A DNA stretch of 64,000 nucleotides from Nemertoderma westbladi (lineage: Eukaryota > Animalia > Xenacoelomorpha). A model generated the notes under the pieces. It was not told where the DNA came from, did no database searches, and saw only the letters and a list, made by a program, of their open reading frames with translations. Shown here piece after piece: positions 39,187 to 51,600 of the stretch. The number at the start of each line of letters is the position of its first letter. Position 1 is the stretch's first letter. The stretch covers positions 11,370 to 75,369 of the forward strand of contig JAUCBJ010006295.1 in the NCBI GenBank assembly GCA_032718475.1, in the 5' to 3' direction. A program made the translations under genes and the position numbers.

Positions 39187-41344
39187 GTGAGTTACTGGAG
39201 CTAAAATATATGTATACTAGTGAGACACAAGCGTGAGTGACTGGAGCTAAAATATATGTATACTAGTGAGACACAAGCGTGAGTTACTAGAGCTAAAATA
39301 TATGTATACCAGTGAGACACAAGCGTGAGTTACTGGAGCTAAAATATATGTATACTAGTGAGACACAAGCGTGAGTGACTGGAGCTAAAATATATGTATA
39401 CCAGTGAGACACAAGCGTGAGTTACTGGAGCTAAAATATATGTATACCAGTGAGACACAAGCGTGAGTTACTGGAGCTAAAATATATGTATACTAGTGAG
39501 ACACAAGCGTGAGTGACTGGAGCTAAAATATATGTATACCAGTGAGACACAGGCGTGAGTGACTGGAGCTAAAATATTGTGTACCAGTGAGACACAAGCG
39601 TGAGTGACTGGAGCTAAAATATATGTATACCAGTGAGACACAAGCGTGAGTTACTGGAGCTAAAATATATGTATACCAGTGAGACACAAGCGTGAGTTAC
39701 TGGAGCTAAAATATATGTATACTAGTGAGACACAAGCGTGAGTGACTGGAGCTAAAATATATGTATACCAGTGAGACACAGGCGTGAGTGACTGGAGCTA
39801 AAATATTGTATACCAGTGAGACACAAGCGTGAGTTACTGGAGCTAAAATATATGTATACCAGTGAGACACAAGCGTGAGTTACTGGAGCTAAAATATATG
39901 TATACCAGTGAGACACAAGCGGGAGTGACTGGAGCTAAAATATTTGTATACCAGTGAGACACAAGCGTGAGTGACTGGAGCTAAAATATTTGTATACCAG
40001 TGAGACACAAGCGTGAGTTACTGGAGCTAAAATATATGTATACCAGTGAGACACAAGCGTGAGTGACTGGAGCTAAAATATATGTATACTAGTGAGACAC
40101 AAGCGTGAGTTACTGGAGCTAAAATATATGTATACTAGTGAGACACAAGCGTGAGTGACTGGAGCTAAAATATATGTATACTAGTGAGACACAGGCGTGA
40201 GTGACTGGAGCTAAAATATATGTATACCAGTGAGACACAAGCGTGAGTTACTGGAGCTAAAATATATGTATACCAGTGAGACACAAGCGTGAGTTACTGG
40301 AGCTAAAATATATGTATACCAGTGAGACACAAGCGTGAGTTACTGGAGCTAAAATATATGTATACCAGTGAGACACAAGCGTGAGTTACTGGAGCTAAAA
40401 TATATGTATACTAGTGAGACACAAGCGTGAGTGACTGGAGCTAAAATATATGTATACCAGTGAGACACAAGCGTGAGTTACTGGAGCTAAAATATATGTA
40501 TACCAGTGAGACACAAGCGTGAGTTACTGGAGCTAAAATATATGTATACCAGTGAGACACAAGCGTGAGTTACTGGAGCTAAAATATATGTATACTAGTG
40601 AGACACAAGCGTGAGTGACTGGAGCTAAAATATATGTATACCAGTGAGACACAAGCGTGAGTTACTGGAGCTAAAATATATGTATACCAGTGAGACACAA
40701 GCGTGAGTTACTGGAGCTAAAATATATGTATACTAGTGAGACACAAGCGTGAGTGACTGGAGCTAAAATATATGTATACTAGTGAGACACAAGCGTGAGT
40801 GACTGGAGCTAAAATATATGTATACTAGTGAGACACAAGCGGGAGTGACTGGAGCTAAAATATTTGTATACCAGTGAGACACAAGCGTGAGTGACTGGAG
40901 CTAAAATATATGTATACCAGTGAGACACAAGCGTAAGTTACTGGAGCTAAAATATATGTATACCAGTGAGACACAAGCGTGAGTGACTGGAGCTAAAATA
41001 TATGTATACCAGTGAGACACAAGCGTGAGTTACTGGAGCTAAAATATATGTATACCAGTGAGACACAAGCGTGAGTGACTGGAGCTAAAATATATGTATA
41101 CTAGTGAGACAGAGGCGTGAGTGACTGGAGCTAAAATATATGTATACTAGTGAGACACAAGCGTGAGTTACTGGAGCTAAAATATATGTATACCAGTGAG
41201 ACACAAGCGTGAGTTACTGGAGCTAAAATATATGTATACTAGTGAGACACAAGCGTGAGTTACTGGAGCTAAAATATATGTATACTAGTGAGACACAAGC
41301 GTGAGTGACTGGAGCTAAAATATATGTATACCAGTGAGACACAA
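39156..41344. repeat. 46-bp minisatellite, about 47 copies; unit = 31 nt of exon end + 15 nt of donor/intron
   Basis: Unit TAAAATATATGTATAC(C/T)AGTGAGACACAAGC|GTGAGT(T/G)ACTGGAGC. Confidence 0.97.
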
Positions 41345-41591
41345 CGGCCACGGCCAAGTACTGTAGGGATGAGCACAGTGGCAGCAGATGATGGTATGAC
41401 AGATGGGTGGCCATGAGGAGGTAAATTGCGGACATGATACAAGGTATCAGATAGTATTTCCATGTCTATCTTTTATCTGGGCCGCTAGCTGAATGGTTAG
41501 AGCGTCATGCTTCCAACCCGGAGGTCACCAGTTCGATCCCACCTGGACGTCATTGCCGTCTTTGCAAAAGCTGTGCCCAACAAAAAGTTAT
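41345..41591 (+). mobile_element. Insertion containing a tRNA-derived SINE-like segment, in the last unit of the 46-bp array
   Basis: A box TAGCTGAATGG and B box GTTCGATCC at about 41486-41540; agtgagacacaa on both sides (41333-41344, 41592-41603), after which the unit resumes. Confidence 0.6.
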
Positions 41592-41661
41592 AGTGAGACA
41601 CAAGTGTGACTGACTGGAGAAAAAATTATTTATCCTTAAATCTTATTATTTACTTATTTAG

Positions 41662-42709
41662 TAGAGCTTACATTATTTATCATTAGAGCTTGCATTATTT
41701 ATCATTAGAGCTTACATTTATTTATCATTAGAGCTTACATTATTTATTGATAGAGCTTACATTATTTATCATTAGAGCTTACATTATTTATCATTAGAGC
41801 TTACATTTATTTATCATTAGAGCTTACATTATTTATCATTGGAGCTTACAATTATTTATCATTTTAGCTTACATTATTTATCATTAGAGCTTACACTATT
41901 TATCTTTAGAGCTTACATTATTTATCATTGGCGCTTACAATTATTTATTGATAGAGCTTACATTTATCATTCGAGTTTACATTATTTATCATTGGAGCTT
42001 ACAATTATTTATCATTTGAGCTTACAAGTATTTATCATTAGAACGTACAATTATTTATCATTAGAGCTTACATTATGTATCATTAGAGCTTATATTTATT
42101 TATCATTATCGAGCTTACAATTATTTATCATTAGAGCTTACATTATTTATTGATAGAGAGATTACATTATTTATTGATAGAGAGATTACATTTATTTATC
42201 ATTAGAGCTTACATTATTTATCATTAGAGCTTACACTATTTATCTTTAGAGCTTACATTATTTATCATTGGCGCTTACAATTATTTATTGATAGAGCTTA
42301 CATTTATCATTCGAGTTTACATTATTTATCATTGGAGCTTACAATTATTTATCATTTGAGCTTACAAGTATTTATCATTAGAACGTACAATTATTTATCA
42401 TTAGAGCTTACATTATGTATCATTAGAGCTTATATTTATTTATCATTATCGAGCTTACAATTATTTATCATTAGAGCTTACATTATTTATTGATAGAGAG
42501 ATTACATTTATTTATCATTAGAGCTTACATTATTTATCATTAGAGCTTACAATTATTTATCTTTAGAGCTTACATTATTTATCATTAGAGCTTACATTTA
42601 TTTATTATTAGAGCTTACATTATTTATCACTAGAGCTTACATTTATTTATTATTAGAGATTACATTATTTATCACTAGAGCTTACATATATTTATTATTA
42701 GAGCTTACA
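41662..42709. repeat. About 22-bp minisatellite, about 46 copies; unit = 3' splice site + first 7 nt of exon 6
   Basis: Unit attatttatcattag|AGCTTAC; the last copy is the acceptor at 42700-42701. Confidence 0.93.
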
Positions 42710-42908
42710 ACCAAGTGGATTGGGACGCCCGTGTACCGCGGCGACCCTTACCGCCAGCAAATAGTATTGAAGCTCAAGCTGATCCAGTTTCCATAACAAC
42801 AACTTATAAACGTTACGAACCAAAGGAGAATGAATGGCAATTGTTTGGAAATTATTGGGACAGAGTTCAACCCCGGAACCCACACATTCCACATAGGGAC
42901 GTTAGCTT
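42702..42908 (+). CDS. SPATA48: SPATA48-like exon 6
   Basis: AYNQVDWDARVPRRP...EAQADPVS...KRYEP...WDRVQPR; TT|gtaagt. Confidence 0.88.
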
Positions 42909-43205
42909 GTAAGTAAAAATAGTTACAATAAATCTATTTACCTCACTTTTGTGCAAAGTATCACTGCACAGTGTGCTGTTTACGATTGGTTTGATATACG
43001 AACGAGCGTAGAGAGTGAAAATAAATCCTCAATAATTATACTTAAATACTATTTTGACGCGTCAGGATTGTAACAAATCCTATTTTAAAATTAGAAAAGT
43101 CCCACCAGTAATAAATTGATTTTTTTTTAACAATAAACGTAGTTTTTTTTCAGTAGCCGATATGATAATAATAAAATAAAATAAATATTACGTAAGTGAT
43201 TATTT

Positions 43206-43364
43206 AAACGGAACAATGGATATGGGGGAGAAAATAGAAATAAACAGTTTGTTTTTGCTATATTTCGGACTCCTTACTTCTGACCATAGTCTTCCGTAAG
43301 GAATCCGACATATAGCAAAAAACAAACTGTTTTTTCTATCCTCTCCCCATCCATTGTTCCGTTT
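43206..43364. mobile_element. Small MITE-like inverted repeat
   Basis: aaacggaacaatggat...cggactccttac is mirrored by gtaaggaatccga...atccattgttccgttt. Confidence 0.7.
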
Positions 43365-43541
43365 AATCACTGGCATATTTATTTATGTCAGACAACTTAT
43401 ATTTACATCCCGTTACTGTGTATAAAGTTGTAATTACTGGTTTGATCCAACTGATGATGCATTGTTACACATACGGAAGTAGTTAGTGACTAAATAAAGC
43501 GACGAAGATAAACGATTTATTGCCTTACATCCTCCCTACAG

Positions 43542-43700
43542 CTGCAGTCCTTGTAAACCCGAGAAAACGGACCAGATACCCAATTACAGCGGACACGTAG
43601 GGGCGCGGTTATTCCCAGACAACCGAGAGGATTTGTCGAGAAGTGTTGATATTATAAATAAAGTGAGAACAACTCAGCCGAAACAGTACGAAACCGGCAG
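43542..43700 (+). CDS. SPATA48: SPATA48-like exon 7
   Basis: ctacag|C...CSPCKPEKTDQIPNYSGHVG...VRTTQPKQYETG AG|gtacgt; IPxYxG microtubule-inner-protein-type motif. Confidence 0.88.
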
Positions 43701-44081
43701 GTACGTGTGTTGGGGAAAGACTGTATAAACTGCATAAACTATAGGCCTACAGAAAAATAAATAAATAATAAAGCCTGTGTACAAAACGTGTTAAATTCCA
43801 AAAAAATTATGTATGAAATTTTCTTACTCGTCCTACACCGTTACACCAGTAAATACACACAAGGTCCCCCCTCAGAACTATACTCCCCAGAGAAAACTGG
43901 TACTCATTTAGCACTCATTTAGGGATGGCTAGCCCCTGTATAGCATCCGTGAAGAATTGAAAATTATCCCGATGTGAATTCAAAGCGAGGGATTATTAAA
44001 CAACAAGATGGTCTATTTGCAAGTGTTTTTAATGAAATCTTAAACTAGGCCTACTGTATATACTGTTTTAATTTAACACAG

Positions 44082-44192
44082 GGATACGAATATACCTGGT
44101 TACACCGGGAAGATATGGTGGCTTAGCTTGGTCCCATCCCACTCATCTACTCCCCAAGATGGAGCACAAGAGACAACTAGGAGTGTACACAG
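44082..44192 (+). CDS. SPATA48: SPATA48-like exon 8
   Basis: acacag|G...NIPGYTGKIWW...RSVH AG|gttagt; resembles SPATA48 NIPGYTGKVHW. Confidence 0.9.
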
Positions 44193-44423
44193 GTTAGTTA
44201 GTGCAGTTGTACCGGTATCAGCAGCTAATTTGTAGCAAATATTATAAATTGTATCCCATAATTAAATAACATTACTAAAGTAGCCCTCTTTAAACTTGCG
44301 TGAGAAAAATTTGGTTTAATTTTTGAGAGGATTCTATATTACACTTAATCGTGCTGTGACTTACTTGTACGTAAATTTAATATATCTTCGCAACCAATAA
44401 AAAGTAAAAAACTGATGTTACAG

Positions 44424-44655
44424 GCGCATTCCTACACCGGCCAACCGTTCCCCCCACAAACACGTGGGGGCGCTGTCCAACATGGTGACGTTGGTTCCGC
44501 CACACAATCCCTTCCGAAACATCGAAGGCGAAAGTTTCGAGGTGCCGCCCCTAGCAACCCCGCCAAGGACGCCCTCCGGTAGCCATAGCAACCACGGTGC
44601 AAAATCCAAGCCAATGACTCCGCAGGAGAAGATAGCTGACTCAAATGAACAATAG
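44424..44655 (+). CDS. SPATA48: SPATA48-like terminal exon 9 (CDS totals 1344 nt, 447 aa)
   Basis: ttacag|G...HKHVGALSNMVTLVPPHNPF...TAG; AATAAA follows. Confidence 0.85.
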
Positions 44656-47600
44656 ACTAAATAAATAGCCTAATGTAGGTTTACTTTTACTTTTATTTAA
44701 ATTTATTATAAAAAATTTCAAACGAATTTCTCAAATACAGCAGTTTATTGGGGAACTGTTGTTTGATTACATGTGTGAATGGATTTATTCCATGTAATAT
44801 AGGATATAATTATAATAAATTTGATTCTAATTAATTAATAATTGTTGTTCTATATTACACCATAAGTCCACGATATTATAGTGTTACAAAATATATGTAA
44901 CTAACTGTCTGCAATATTTTACTATATTATTGGTTCATAGTAACAGCGTGTTAAATCTTTTATCATAATTAATTGAGTCGTAATTATTAATATAAGATTG
45001 TCGTTTTAATCGTTACTTATTGAACTAATTGATTCACTTGGCCAATTCAATTAATTTCACACCACTAGGTGGTGGACTTGGCACTGCTTTTCATTGCAGT
45101 ATAAAAGGCTTTCAGAACTCTTTCCTATTAAGTTTCAAGGAACTGCTTACGCAACCATTGTGTTATATATTCCCGCCAGTGTCATTATTAAATTTTTATA
45201 GAGAAATTCCTGTGTAAAACGGGTATTCAGCGTTTATAACCATTAATATTAATTGATAATTATATTGTTTAATAAATTGTCAAGTAAGGTAAGTAAAAAA
45301 CTTTATCTAAACTAAAACTATAAAGCAACTGGACAGACGGTTGCATGCAATCAGTGAACAGCTGACCGCAGTCAGCTGAACGACGATAGGTTTCGCCTCA
45401 CGAAGGAAGGTATTCTCAGGAAGCCAAGCTAATAGATGACTTGACATTTAGAGTGTGAAGTCCCAAAGTGAAAAGGAACGGGCAATGAAACAAAGAGATA
45501 CCAGTTACTATCCACTGGGAAGCAGCACCACAAACTTGTGCGGATTCTGCTTGTTGATATTGGGCCGGTGAGAGCGAATATAATACATTTCAAACAATGG
45601 GTGTCGTGCAATTACTTTGATTTCTTTAAATAGCTCACGCCAGTCATTCAGTCAACGTGTATTAGGCTCGCTATGGTGTGTCATGATGAGGTTGTATACA
45701 GTTGTCAAACAGGCGTTGGATAGTGTGAAATAGAGTTGTATTAAATAAATAAACATTTATTTCGAAAAGTTTTCTGATACTTCTGTGCTCAATCACAATC
45801 TAGACATTCCGTAAAAATTTCAGATAATTTGGACAAAAATTAAATTTAGATATAGTAGGGTTTTAAAGTTACTTAAGTCGGGAAAAATATATTCTGAGAA
45901 AATTACAATTAAACATATTGTTCTTTCTCAGTTTATAAAAAGTTTCATAACTCGAAAACTAAAAGAGCTACTGCTAAGCCGTTTTCAGATTTGAAATGTC
46001 CGTTAAATTTCACATCATAATCTAATAAAAAAATTAATTTTGCAAAATTTTCCCAAAAATGGTGAACCATCCCGCCCCCAAGGGGGGTTTCCCCTCAGGA
46101 GATTTCTTTTAAACAGCTCTAACTTCGTGTTGTTCACAGTTATGTTGTGTTCAGCCAACGCGGGGAAGGCCAAAGAGCAACAAAAATGGAAATTTTAAAT
46201 ATTTTTGTGTCCCTCTAGCGGCGAGTGGCGGAATTAAATATTTACTAAAAACACTAACTAGTCCCTTAATATTTATCCAAATTTTTTGAAACCAAATTTT
46301 TTAGACTCAGCACCTTTGAATCTACAAAAATTATCCAGCCGATTTTTTAAATTATTAATTTTTAAGTAAATTTATTTAATTAATATTAATAAAATTAATA
46401 AATAAAATTTTCAATAAAATAGAAAAAAAAAATTTCAAAAAAGTGCTGGATAATTTTTCAAGATCTTCAGAAAAACCTTTCAAACGAGAAATAAATTATC
46501 GAATTTGAGTGAAAAACGGCGGAGGAGTAGTATTTTGAAAAATTGAAATATCGTGAAAAGTAATTCCGAGATAATTTGCTTTAAAATTTGAACCTTCCCG
46601 CTCAAACCTGAATGTCTGTAGTCTGTTAATCGGTCAGTAATGTTTGACACTATGGCTTCATACCAACTCACTAAAATAATCAATATGGGGGTTTTCAGGG
46701 TCGGTGATTTGGTGATATCTAATATGTCTGTCTGACAGTTTGTCTGACTGTCTGTCTTCTAAATTTTGACGGACAAACTGATAGACGGAAAGATAGAGAT
46801 AACTCGAGAACTAAAAAAGATCTCGCCAAACTGTTTTAAGATTTGAACTCCCCATTAGATTCTGCATCAGATGAAATAAAAAGCAAAAAATGTGACAATT
46901 TAACCCCAGGAGCCCCCCCCCCCCCCGCCCCCCCCCCCCCCCTAGTTAAAATGTACGATAATTTCTTCCTTAATTATAACGGGTTATTAAATTTAATTTA
47001 CACCAAAGCCATAAACACAAAAATATCGCAACAAAATTAAATAATCTAGAGTAAAATTTCAAAAAGCCAAAAAGACAACAATAATTAGACTTAAAATTCA
47101 TTAAACGATATACTAATAATGTAATAATATACTATAAATAAATACCGGTAATTTTATATATACTCTGTGAAATGAACAAGTGTTGCCAAAAAACAACGCA
47201 GCAAGGGCCAAAATTAAAAAGGTTTGTAACTCCGACAAAACAGAAAATAATAGTAAATAATACAAATCTCTATAAATAAGAGCTAACAGCAAATATTATC
47301 TAATTGGATAGGAAACCTAACTATTTATGTAATGGTGAGTTTTGTGTAAAGTAAAGTGATACTTTATACAACCAGCAAGCGGAGCATGAAAAATAAGATT
47401 TGCCTTGTACGACACATCGCCTTTTACACAACAGCTATGATACATTTGACTCGCAAATTTAAAAAATATCATACGAGTTACTGTATTTATTTTTTTCATT
47501 TTAATATCAACTATATATTAATGTTAAATTATAAATATAAATAAATACCGACTGTAGCCAATAAATAATAGATACTGTAACCATAGTAACTCATTGTGTA

Positions 47601-48600
47601 ACTGATGTGGATAACTACTAATACCGCTGTGAAATTTTCGTTTCAATTTTAAATAAACACTCTAGTTGTATGTAAAAATGGTACAACAGCAACTGGGTAT
47701 ATAGGAAAACAGTAATTTATATTTAGTTTTATAAAGAAAACTAAATATTTATTAAATATACTTTTTACCCCATCATTATCACGCAGCCCTCTACACCCAC
47801 CAGAGGCATTTAATAATCCTTTGTTTAAGAAATCATGGATAAACAAAATTAAAACTTTTCAAAACAGCAAAGAGACCCAGTAAGCTGAAATATACAGCTT
47901 GTAGTTACGGCAGGGAAGGATTCCAAATCAAAGTTAGTTAATTAACTATTCGAGGTAATTGAGATGAGAGGCCAAAATGAGTAACCACCACGGCTCGAAC
48001 CCTTGCCACAGAGATCGCGAAATTCGACTCCTTCCAACAGCCTCATGCCGGGGAATTCTATCCATATCTCAGGTTTCTTTGTCAATGCACATTTGCCGAA
48101 AATGGTTAACAAAATATTCAGTTGGAAACAGTTGGAAATTGTTTTGCAGAAGTTATGAAAAATACTCCAATGAAAAATTAAAATTGCGTAAAATATATGC
48201 CTGATTTGTATTACATTAGGGTGTTTTTGTGTAGCGAATTCGAGAAGGAGGTATAGGGTATATATAGGTGTTTCACGAACATTTAAGGAAGTAAATATCT
48301 TGTGATTCTGGTGCCACATCCGGTGAAAAATAACAGTTAGTCTCATCCGGATGTCATATATATTTTATCTATATGGAATTATAGATTTAACGTTTAAAAA
48401 ATTGAAATGAAATGAAATTGAAAACATGAAATTCCACGACTATACCAGGTTTTCCAGGTGAGTGGCACCCTGATTTTTAGTTGGTTGGCTGCATATTTAA
48501 GCGGTCTTTTGATCCTATAATTAATAAATTAAATCTTAATCTAGTAGGTTATGTGCGTATTTCGCAATAAATATGGTTACATAAAATATCTATATATTAC

Positions 48601-51600
48601 GTACCGGTACTAATTATATGTACTAGTTACTGGTATACCGGTACTAATTATATGTACCAGTTACTGGTATACCGGTACTAATTATATGTACTAGTTACTG
48701 GTATACCGGTACTAATTATATGTACTAGTTACTGGTATACCGGTACTAATTCTATGTACTAGTTACTGGTATAACGGTACTAATTCTATGTACTAGTTAC
48801 TGGTATACCGGTACTAATTATATGTACCAGTTACTGGTATACCGGTACTAATTATATGTACTAGTTACTGGTATAACGGTACTAATTATATGTACTAGTT
48901 ACTGGTATACCGGTACTAATTATATGTACTAGTTACTGGTATACCGGTACTAATTATATGTATCAGTTACTGGTATACCGGTACTAATTATATGTACTAG
49001 TTACTGGTATAACGGTACTAATTCTATGTACTAGTTACTGGTATACCGGTACTAATTATATGTACTAGTTTAGTTACTGGTATACCGGTACTAATTCTAT
49101 GTACTAGTTACTGGTATACCGGTACTAATTATATGTACCAGTTACTGGTATACCGGTACTAATTATATGTACTAGTTACTGGTATAACGGTACTAATTAT
49201 ATGTACTAGTTACTGGTATACCGGTACTAATTATATGTACTAGTTACTGGTATACCGGTACTAATTATATGTACCAGTTACTGGTATACCGGTACTAATT
49301 ATATGTACTAGTTACTGGTATAACGGTACTAATTCTATGTACTAGTTACTGGTATACCGGTACTAATTATATGTACTAGTTTAGTTACTGGTATACCGGT
49401 ACTAATTCTATGTACTAGTTACTGGTATACCGGTACTAATTATATGTACCAGTTACTGGTATACCGGTACTAATTATATGTACTAGTTACTGGTATACCG
49501 GTACTAATTCTATGTACTAGTTACTGGTATACCGGTACTAATTATATGTACTAGTTACTGGTATACCGGTACTAATTATATGTACCAGTTACTGGTATAC
49601 CGGTACTAATTCTATGTACTAGTTACTGGTATACCGGTACTAATTCCATGTACTATGTACTGGTATACGGGTACTAATTATATGTACTAGTTACTGTTAT
49701 ACCGGTACTAATTCCATGTACTAGTTACTGGTATACCGGTACTAATTCTATGTACTAGTTACTGGTATACCGGTACTAATTATATGTACTAGTTACTGGT
49801 ATACCGGTACTAATTATATGTTCTAGTTACTGGTATACCGGTACTAATTATATGTACTAGTTACTGGTATACCGGTACTAATTATATGTACTAGTTACTG
49901 GTATACCGGTACTAATTCCATGTACTAGTTACTGGTATACCGGTACTAATTCTATGTACTAGTTACTGGTATACCGGTACTAATTATATGTACTAGTTAC
50001 TGGTATACCGGTACTAATTCCATGTACTAGTTACTGGTATACCGGTACTAATTCTATGTACTAGTTACTGGTATACCGGTACTAATTATATGTACTAGTT
50101 ACTGGTATGTATACCGGTACTAATTCCATGTACTAGTTACTGGTATACCGGTACTAATTCTATGTATTAGTTACTGGTATACCGGTACTAATTCTATGTA
50201 CTAGTTACTGGTATAACGGTACTAATTCTATGTACTAGTTACTGGTATACCGGTACTAATTATATGTACCAGTTACTGGTATACCGGTACTAATTATATG
50301 TACTAGTTTAGTTACTGGTTACCGGTACTAATTATATGTACTAGTTGGTAGTTACCGGTACTAATTATATGTACTAGTTACTGGTATAACGGTACTAATT
50401 CTATGTACTAGTTACTGGTATACCGGTACTAATTATATGTACTAGTTACTGGTATACCGGTACTAATTCTATGTACTAGTTACTGGTATACCGGTACTAA
50501 TTCTATGTACTAGTTACTGGTATACCGGTACTAATTATATGTACTAGTTACTGTGTATACCGGTACTAATTCCATGTACTAGTTACTGGTATACCGGTAC
50601 TAATTCTATGTACTAGTTACTGGTATACCGGTACTAATTATATGTACTATTTACTGGTATACCGGTACTAATTCTATGTACTAGTTACTGGTATAACGGT
50701 ACTAATTCTATGTACTAGTTACTGGTATACCGGTACTAATTCTATGTACTAGTTACTGGTATACCGGTACTAATTATATGTACTAGTTACTGGTATACCG
50801 GTACTAATTCTATGTACTAGTTACTGGTGTACCGGTACTAATTATATGTACTAGTTACTGGTATACCGGTACTAATTATATGTACTAGTTACTGGTATAC
50901 CGGTACTAATTCTATGTACTAGTTACTGGTATACCGGTACTAATTATATGTACTAGTTACTGGTATACCGGTACTAATTCCATGTACTAGTTACTGGTAT
51001 ACCGGTACTAATTCTATGTACTAGTTACTGGTATACCGGTACTAATTCTATGTACTAGTTACTGGTATACCGGTACTAATTCTATGTACTAGTTACTGGT
51101 ATACCGGTACTAATTATATGTACCAGTTACTGGTATACCGGTACTAATTATATGTACTAGTTACTGGTATACCGGTACTAATTATATGTACTAGTTACTG
51201 GTATAACGGTACTAATTCTATGTACTAGTTACTGGTATACCGGTACTAATTATATGTACTAGTTACTGGTATACCGGTACTAATTCTATGTACTAGTTAC
51301 TGGTATACCGGTACTAATTCTATGTACTAGTTACTGGTATACCGGTACTAATTATATGTACTAGTTACTGGTATGTATACCGGTACTAATTCCATGTACT
51401 AGTTACTGGTATACCGGTACTAATTCTATGTACTAGTTACTGGTATACCGGTACTAATTATATGTACTATTTACTGGTATACCGGTACTAATTCTATGTA
51501 CTAGTTACTGGTATAACGGTACTAATTCTATGTACTAGTTACTGGTATACCGGTACTAATTCTATGTACTAGTTACTGGTATACCGGTACTAATTATATG

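Noticed and set aside
41478-41552. Possible tRNA gene
   Set aside because: A and B boxes are present but acceptor-stem pairing is poor; treated as SINE-derived, as are the motifs near 24200 and 29960
47577-47590. Good X-box match GTAACCATAGTAAC (another at about 44579 inside exon 9)
   Set aside because: No gene start identified nearby; short degenerate motifs arise by chance
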